Shown piece by piece: positions 57,897 through 64,000 of a stretch of DNA of 64,000 nt. The position numbers and the translations under genes were made by a program. Where the stretch lies: contig CAWEZH010000002.1 of assembly GCA_963813535.1 (NCBI GenBank), positions 480,001 to 544,000 of the forward strand. The letters run 5' to 3'. The stretch's first letter is position 1. Each line of letters opens with the position of its first letter. The DNA comes from an uncultured Chloroflexia bacterium (lineage in GTDB: Bacteria; Chloroflexota; Limnocylindria; Limnocylindrales; CSP1-4). Under the pieces are notes generated by a model, which worked only from the letters and a program-made list of their open reading frames with translations, was not told where the DNA came from and ran no database searches.

Positions 57897-58207
57897 CCGG
57901 TCCGGACCTGACGGTCGGCAAGGCCGTCATCGCCGAGCTCGTCAAGACCGCGGCCTTCGAGGTGCCGGGCGTCGCCCGTGTGGGTCACGGCGGCCCGACC
58001 TGGCGGGGCATGCTCGCCGGACCGGCCGTGCGCGTCCGCGTGGTCGACGACCGCGTCCTCGTGCGTCTGCGGATCGTCGCTCGGCCGGGTCATGCCCTCG
58101 GTCCGCTGACGGCCCAGGTCCGGACCGCGGTCGCCGCCACGGTCGAGCGGTTGCTCGGGCTCGACCTCGGTGCGGTGACGGTCATCGTGGATGGCGTCGG
58201 AGGCTGA
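57893..58207 (+). CDS. Asp23/Gls24 family protein (YqhY-like)
   Basis: AAFEVPGVA, VERLLGL..VTVIVDG; upstream of nusB. Confidence 0.8.
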   Translation: MTGPDLTVGKAVIAELVKTAAFEVPGVARVGHGGPTWRGMLAGPAVRVRVVDDRVLVRLRIVARPGHALGPLTAQVRTAVAATVERLLGLDLGAVTVIVDGVGG

Positions 58208-58691
58208 CCGGCAGCGCGGACGGCGGACGGGACGTCGACTTGCGCTCGCCGCGATCTTCGAAGCCGACTTCGGGCAGCGCACCGCGGAAGCGATCCTCGA
58301 ACGCCATCTCGCCGACACGGAGCGGGACCCCGTGGCGGCCGAACTGGCCCGCGAACTGGTCGCCGCGGTGGTCCGCCACCGCGCCGAGATCGACGCCGTG
58401 ATCGACCGCGTGGCGCCCCGCTATCCCGTCACCAGCATGGCCAAGATGGACCGTGCCTTGCTCCGATCGGCCGTCGGTGAGGTGCTACACTCCGGCACGC
58501 CGGCCCGGGTGGCCATCGCCGAGTGGGTCGAGCTGGCACGCATCTACAGCGGAGAGCCGATGCGACGCCTGATGAACGGCGTTCTCGGGACGATCTCCCC
58601 AGACCCCAGCTCCGAGGAGGGAGTCAGTGGCCACAACGTACGACCGGCTCAAGAAGATCGTCGTCGAGCAACTCGGCGCCGACGAGGATGA
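58191..58691 (+). CDS. nusB: Transcription antitermination factor NusB
   Basis: [29 protein letters not shown]. Confidence 0.9.
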   Translation: MASEADRQRGRRTGRRLALAAIFEADFGQRTAEAILERHLADTERDPVAAELARELVAAVVRHRAEIDAVIDRVAPRYPVTSMAKMDRALLRSAVGEVLHSGTPARVAIAEWVELARIYSGEPMRRLMNGVLGTISPDPSSEEGVSGHNVRPAQEDRRRATRRRRG

Positions 58692-58863
58692 GGTCAAGCC
58701 GGAGGCGTCGTTCGTCGACGACCTGAATGCGGACTCCCTCGACCTCGTCGAGTTGATCATGAGCCTGGAGGAAGAATTCGGGACGGAGATCTCGGACGAG
58801 GATGCCGAGAAGATCCGGACCGTCCAGGACGCCGTCGACTACATCGACGAGCACTCCTCCTAA
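58627..58863 (+). CDS. acpP: Acyl carrier protein
   Basis: [17 protein letters not shown]; SD GAGGAGG. Confidence 0.97.
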   Translation: MATTYDRLKKIVVEQLGADEDEVKPEASFVDDLNADSLDLVELIMSLEEEFGTEISDEDAEKIRTVQDAVDYIDEHSS

Positions 58864-58885
58864 CAGGTCGTTCGCCACGTCCGAG

Positions 58886-59683
58886 GTGCGTCCCGGACAG
58901 GCCGTCGCCGAGCGTCTCGGGCTCCCCGTCCGGGACCTGGACCTCATCGAACAGGCTCTGGTCCATTCCTCGTGGCTGCACGAGCATCCCGACGCCGCGC
59001 GAGGCCACAACGAACGGCTCGAATTCCTCGGTGATGCCGTCGTGAACCTGATGATCTCGGAGGCGTTGTACGCGCGGCACCCGGAGGACGACGAGGGCGC
59101 GTTGTCGGCGCGTCGCGCCGCCATCGTCTCGACCACCGGTCTCTCGCGTCTCGCGGGTCGGATCGAGCTCGGCCGGTATCTGCTCCTCGGGGAGGGGGAG
59201 TCGCAGCGGAGCGGCAGACGTCGGCCGTCGCTCCTGGCCTCCTCGTTCGAAGCGCTTGCCGGGGCGCTGTACCTGGACCTCGGCTACGACGTCGTCAGTC
59301 GCTGGCTGGAGGCCCTCGCCGACCCTGAACTGGCGCTCGAGGCGCCGGTCCTGTCACTCAAGAGCCCGAAGTCGCGTTTGCAGGAATACACACAACGGCG
59401 GTCGGGCGAGCGACCGGACTACCGGCTCATCGAGGCGTCCGGGCCCGACCACGAGAAGTCGTTCCGGATCGAGGTCTGGGTCGACGGAGAGTTGCTCGGT
59501 GCGGGTGAGGGCCCGTCGCGACGGACCGCGGAGACCTCCGCGGCCGCCCAGGCGATCGAGCGCATCCGCGCCGAGCGAGCTGCCGGGCAGCAGGCGGTCA
59601 AGAGCGATGCCGCACCGACGCCGGGACGTCGCGGGACGAGCGTTCGCCGCCAGACGCCCGAGCGGCAGCGACGGCCGGCCTGA
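58886..59683 (+). CDS. rnc: Ribonuclease III
   Basis: ALVHSS, NERLEFLGDA, FEA, dsRBD KSRLQE; start estimated at GTG 58886. Confidence 0.94.
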   Translation: MRPGQAVAERLGLPVRDLDLIEQALVHSSWLHEHPDAARGHNERLEFLGDAVVNLMISEALYARHPEDDEGALSARRAAIVSTTGLSRLAGRIELGRYLLLGEGESQRSGRRRPSLLASSFEALAGALYLDLGYDVVSRWLEALADPELALEAPVLSLKSPKSRLQEYTQRRSGERPDYRLIEASGPDHEKSFRIEVWVDGELLGAGEGPSRRTAETSAAAQAIERIRAERAAGQQAVKSDAAPTPGRRGTSVRRQTPERQRRPA

Positions 59684-62600
59684 TGGCATCGACGCCGGCA
59701 CCGCCCCGCCTGCTTGCCCTTCGCGTCCAGGGCTTCAAGTCGTTCGCCGAGCGGACCAACGTCGAGTTCGGCGGGGGCATCAGCGCGGTCGTCGGGCCGA
59801 ACGGGTCGGGCAAGAGCAACCTTGCGGATGCGCTGCGCTGGGCGCTCGGTGAGCAGGGTCGAGCCCTCCGGTCGCGCAAGTCCGAGGACGTGATCTGGGC
59901 CGGCTCCGAGAAACGCACTGCCCAGGGCATGGCCGACGTCACGCTCACCCTCGACAACGCCGACGCACTCCTCCCGGTCGACTTCCAGGTGATCGAGTTC
60001 GGACGGCGGCTGTATCGCAGCGGCGAGAACGAATACCTGCTCAACAAGCAGCGCGTCCGGCTGCGTGACCTCATCGACCTGCTGGACGCCGCACATCTCG
60101 CCGACAACGCCTTCCTGTTCATCGGCCAGGGGATGGTCGACCAGGCGCTGGCGCTCCGGCCCGAGGAACGGCGGCCGTTGTTCGAAGAGGTCGCCGGCGT
60201 CCGGCGCCACGAACGTCGCCGGCGCAAGGCCGAGGATCAGCTCGCCGAGTCCGAAGCGAACCTCAGCCGGGTCGACGACATCCTGGCGGAGCTCAGGCCG
60301 CAGGCGCGTCGCCTGGCCGCCCAGGCCGAGCAGCAGACGGCGCGCTCGTCGATCGCCGATGAGCTCGCCTCCGCATTGCTCGCCTCGACCCACGCCCGCT
60401 GGCACGAGGCAGCCGCCCGGCTCGCGGCGGCCACCGAGCGCCGAACCTCCGCGGAGGCCGATACGGCCCGGGCGATGGCCGAGCTCGAGGAGGCCGAAGC
60501 GGTTGCGGCGGGCCTGGCAGGCGAGCTGTCTACGCGTGCCGACGCCGAGCGCGACCGACGCGAGGCCCATGAGACCGCTCGAGTCGCGCTCACCGAGCTG
60601 CAGCTCCGGGACGGCCGGCTTGGGTCGGAGCTCGACGCGATCGAGCGGGACCGGACACGCCTCGCTGACGAGCGGGCCGCCGCCGAGGCGGAGCTCACGC
60701 TCCACCGTCGGGCGATCGCGGCCCCGGTCCCGGCGCGCGACCTCGATCTCGAAGCTGCCGTGACGGCGGCAGAGCGGGAGCTGGCCGATGCCTTGGCCGA
60801 GCTCGCGACGCTCCGGTCCCGGTCGACGGCCCGTGGCGAGGAGCTGGCGGCCGTCCGACGCGCCGAGGCGGCGAAAACCGCCGAGGAGGAGACCACTCGC
60901 CGCCGCCTGGCCGAGGCGGAACGGCAAGCTGCCACGGAACGGTCGGCGGCCGAGGCCTCCGCTGCTCGCCGAGACGAAGCGACCGCCCGATCCGAGACGG
61001 CACGGCGGGCGCTCGAGTTCGCACTCGGGGCCGAGCGATCGGCACAGGCCGCGGTCGAGACCACACGCGCGGCCCTGGAGACCGCCGTGGCGGAACGGGC
61101 TGCTGCGGCGGAACGACTCGCATCGGCGTCGAGCGCCGCCGCGGCGCTTCGGGGTCGGGTGGAGTCGCTCGCGTCGCAGCTCGACGAGGATGAGCGGCGG
61201 CCGATCGCTCGAGCGGCGCGGAAGAGCGGCGGCCGTCGTCTCGATGAGGACCTGGTGGTCGACCCGGATCTACGGGCCGCCGTGGAGGCGGCGCTCGCCG
61301 ATCGTGCTCGTGCATACCTCGTGCGAGCGGCGGCCGTGACGGATCTGACGGGTGAGCGCGGACGGCTCGTGGTCGAGGAGCGACTGACCGCGGGCAGCGG
61401 CGCGCAGGATGCCGCCACTCGCCGGTGGCTCGACAGCGTGGCAGGGGCCGGTGGCGGTCGCCTTGCCGATGCGGTCCGGCGAGATGCGGCCGGCGGCGTG
61501 CGTCGGCTGCTCGACCGCGTCGTCTGGCTGCCGGACCTGGCGACCTGCCTCGACCTGCAGCACGTCATGCCGGCCGGCTGGCTGGCGGTCGCACGTGATG
61601 GCTCCGCGGTCGTGGACGACACCGGCGTCGCGCTCGGCGCGCCTGATGGCGCCCTCGAGCGTCGCGCCGACCACGTCCGCCTGGCGACCGATCTCGAGCG
61701 GATCGATGCGGAGCTCGACGACCTTCGCACGATGGCGGACGCGACGGCAGGGACCACGACGCGCGCTCGATCGGCATTCGACGCCGCGCGAGCCGAGCTG
61801 GCACGCCTCGCTGGCGAGCGACGTCGCAGCGAGGAAGGTGAGCGGTCGGACGTCCGCGACACCGAGACCGCCACCCGCGAGGCCGCATGGCACGCAGCAC
61901 AACACGAGCGACTCGAGGCGGATGTCGCCCGGCTCCGTGCGGAGGTGCCGGTCGCTTCGGACGAGGTCGCGGGCGCAGACGCGGGCGGCTCCGACGAGGA
62001 CGGCAGTGCGACCGCCGCGTGGGAAGCGCGCGCGACCGAGCTCCGCGACCGACGCGACCGGCTTGCGGCGCGACTCGGGGCGAACGATGGCGCACGCCGC
62101 GACGCCGAGCACGCCCGAGCGCGGGCGGAGGCGTCGAGCTCGATCGCTGAGGAGCGGATCGGCCGGGCGGACCGTGAGTCGACGGCCCTCGTCGACCGCG
62201 AGACGAGCCTCGCCGCGGACCATGACCGGATCCGTGGCGAACTGGCGACCGCCACGACACGCGAGCGAGAGGCCCGCGAGGCGCTGGCGTCATTGCACTC
62301 GGCGGATGCCGCCGACCGCTCCCTCCTGGCCGACGCCGAACGCGCCGCATCCACGGCCCGGGACAAGCTCCGATCCGCTGACGACCGGGCGCGTGCCGCC
62401 GACCACGCGGAGCTCGAGGCACGGCTGGGCCTCGAATCACTGAAGGAAGGCGTCCTCGTCGAGCTCGCTGGGCTCGGTGATCTCGGCTTCGCCAGCCTCG
62501 GGATCACGCGCCCTGAGCCGCCGCCAGCGCCCGATCCCCCTTCGGTCGATGAAGTTCGGGTCGAGGATGCCGACGCTGCCGACGCCGATGGACCGGAAGC

Positions 62601-63384
62601 CGACGCTGAGTCGCCTGACGACACCTCGGCGCTCGAGGCCGCTTTGGCGGCCGTCGCGCTCCGCTGGGAGAGCGAGGCTCCACCGGCCGAGGCACCGTCA
62701 GCCGGCCGGCTCGGGCAGCTCCGGCGCCGATATCACGAGCTGGGTGCATCGAATCCGTTCGCCGTCGAGGAGTACGCGGAGCTCAAGACTCGCCTCGAGT
62801 CGCTCGAGACGCAGGGCGACGACCTCCGAGAGGCGATCTCGAAGACCCGCGAGCTCATCGGCGAGCTCGACGAGATGATCGCAAGTCAGTTCCGGACGAC
62901 CTTCGCAGCGCTCGAGACGGCCTTCGAGCGACGGTTCGAGCAGTTGTTCGGCGGCGGGTTCGCCAAGCTCTCGCTCACGGACCCGAGCGATCTCGGCTCG
63001 ACCGGTGTCGAGATCGTGGCGCGACCGCCGGGCAAGAAGCCGCAGGCCCTGGCCATGCTGTCCGGAGGTGAGCGCGCGCTGACGGCCGTCGCCCTGCTGT
63101 TCGCCATGCTCGAGGTGCGACCCGTGCCGTTCTGCGTCCTGGACGAGGTGGACGCCGCGCTCGATGAGGCCAACATCGGCCGCTTCGCGGAGGCGCTGCG
63201 ATCGCTGGCCGACCAGACCCAGTTCATCGTCATCACCCACAACCGCGGCACCATCGAGGCTGCCGATGCGCTGTACGGCGTGACGGTCGGTGACGACTCG
63301 GTGTCGCGGGTGATCAGCCTGCGTCTCGACGAGGCGCAGGCGCTGGCGTCGGAGCATCGCGGCGAGCTGACCGCGGCAGGCTGA
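59683..63384 (+). CDS. smc: Chromosome segregation protein SMC
   Basis: GFKSF, GPNGSGKSN, long coiled coils, LSGGE, LDEVDAALD, ITH. Confidence 0.95.
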   Translation: MASTPAPPRLLALRVQGFKSFAERTNVEFGGGISAVVGPNGSGKSNLADALRWALGEQGRALRSRKSEDVIWAGSEKRTAQGMADVTLTLDNADALLPVDFQVIEFGRRLYRSGENEYLLNKQRVRLRDLIDLLDAAHLADNAFLFIGQGMVDQALALRPEERRPLFEEVAGVRRHERRRRKAEDQLAESEANLSRVDDILAELRPQARRLAAQAEQQTARSSIADELASALLASTHARWHEAAARLAAATERRTSAEADTARAMAELEEAEAVAAGLAGELSTRADAERDRREAHETARVALTELQLRDGRLGSELDAIERDRTRLADERAAAEAELTLHRRAIAAPVPARDLDLEAAVTAAERELADALAELATLRSRSTARGEELAAVRRAEAAKTAEEETTRRRLAEAERQAATERSAAEASAARRDEATARSETARRALEFALGAERSAQAAVETTRAALETAVAERAAAAERLASASSAAAALRGRVESLASQLDEDERRPIARAARKSGGRRLDEDLVVDPDLRAAVEAALADRARAYLVRAAAVTDLTGERGRLVVEERLTAGSGAQDAATRRWLDSVAGAGGGRLADAVRRDAAGGVRRLLDRVVWLPDLATCLDLQHVMPAGWLAVARDGSAVVDDTGVALGAPDGALERRADHVRLATDLERIDAELDDLRTMADATAGTTTRARSAFDAARAELARLAGERRRSEEGERSDVRDTETATREAAWHAAQHERLEADVARLRAEVPVASDEVAGADAGGSDEDGSATAAWEARATELRDRRDRLAARLGANDGARRDAEHARARAEASSSIAEERIGRADRESTALVDRETSLAADHDRIRGELATATTREREAREALASLHSADAADRSLLADAERAASTARDKLRSADDRARAADHAELEARLGLESLKEGVLVELAGLGDLGFASLGITRPEPPPAPDPPSVDEVRVEDADAADADGPEADAESPDDTSALEAALAAVALRWESEAPPAEAPSAGRLGQLRRRYHELGASNPFAVEEYAELKTRLESLETQGDDLREAISKTRELIGELDEMIASQFRTTFAALETAFERRFEQLFGGGFAKLSLTDPSDLGSTGVEIVARPPGKKPQALAMLSGGERALTAVALLFAMLEVRPVPFCVLDEVDAALDEANIGRFAEALRSLADQTQFIVITHNRGTIEAADALYGVTVGDDSVSRVISLRLDEAQALASEHRGELTAAG

Positions 63385-64000
63385 TGGCGTTCTGGCGACG
63401 CCGGCGAGAGGAGCCGGATACGGCGGCACCGGCGCCGGATGCATCGGATCCGGCCGATCCGACGACTGGGCCGCCCCTCGAGCAGAGCGCCGCGCCATCC
63501 GACGAGCAGCCGGACACGGAACCCACGATAGCCCGACGTGCCCGCGTACGCGCCGTTCGACCCGACCGCGTTCCTCGCGGTCGCGCCGGCCCACACGCTC
63601 GACGAAGGGCTCGAGAAGACCCGTGGCACCTTCATGATCGCAGCTCCGCGGCTACCTCGGGGCCGTCGACGGCCCTGCCTGGGATGAGGTCGAGGAGACG
63701 CTGATCGCCGGTGATGTCGGTGCAGCGCTGGCCATCGATCTCGTCGATCGAGCACGCGCCCGGCGTCATCCCGACGGCCCCGAGGGCGCGATCCGCGAAG
63801 AGCTGACGGCGCTCCTGGTCGAGCGCGATCCGGACTGGTCACCGCAGCCCCCGGCGAGCGGCGGGCCGGCGGTCGTGCTGGTGGTCGGCGTGAACGGGAC
63901 GGGCAAGACGACCACGATCGGCAAGCTCGCCGCGCGCTACATCGGGGAGGGGCGGTCGATCATCCTCGCCGCCGCGGACACCTTCCGAGCCGCGGCCATC
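63384..64000 (+). CDS. ftsY: SRP receptor FtsY, partial, with two apparent frameshifts
   Basis: Three successive frames give the acidic N-terminus, [10 protein letters not shown], then [35 protein letters not shown]. Confidence 0.9.

Noticed and set aside
1-64000. Numerous long antisense or alternate-frame ORFs in the track (e.g. 36988-39882 -, 60237-62624 -, 1898-3706 -, 15708-17282 -)
   Set aside because: They shadow well-identified genes, have no family motifs, and are expected from stop-codon scarcity at high GC.

Overview
High-GC (roughly 70%) bacterial chromosome segment, almost all core genome on the + strand. Gene content and order suggest Chloroflexota, possibly Limnocylindria (inference). 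It holds uvrC, secDF-recJ, pyrF-tatAC-rapZ-yvcK-whiA-tpiA-gpmI-secG, eight tRNAs in three loci, lemA-htpX, rpsF-ssb-rpsR, ilvE, ileS-lspA-rluA-gmk-priA, def-fmt-rlmN-rpe-dtd, and rpmB/asp23-fakA-recG-rsmD-coaD-sepIVA-like-DUF177-rpmF-plsX-asp23-nusB-acpP-rnc-smc-ftsY. Small accessory patches follow tRNA-Val (19.6-22.7 kb) and surround tRNA-Leu(TAA) (25-31 kb). I saw no CRISPR array, rRNA, integrase or transposase, and no clear multi-gene novel system. The best leads are: a type-2 IleRS with a GVHH/PMHKS active site; an Rpe fused to a ~100-aa C-terminal domain; an apparent ATC start codon on a SepIVA-like gene; a 21-codon ORF coupled to an ATP-grasp ligase; and an LspA with a catalytic Asp->Asn change. 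That change sits in a recurring CAATTC context that may be a methylation-linked base-calling artefact. Three single-base insertions (one in the LCP gene, two in ftsY) suggest residual assembly errors, so single-nucleotide findings need read-level checks.
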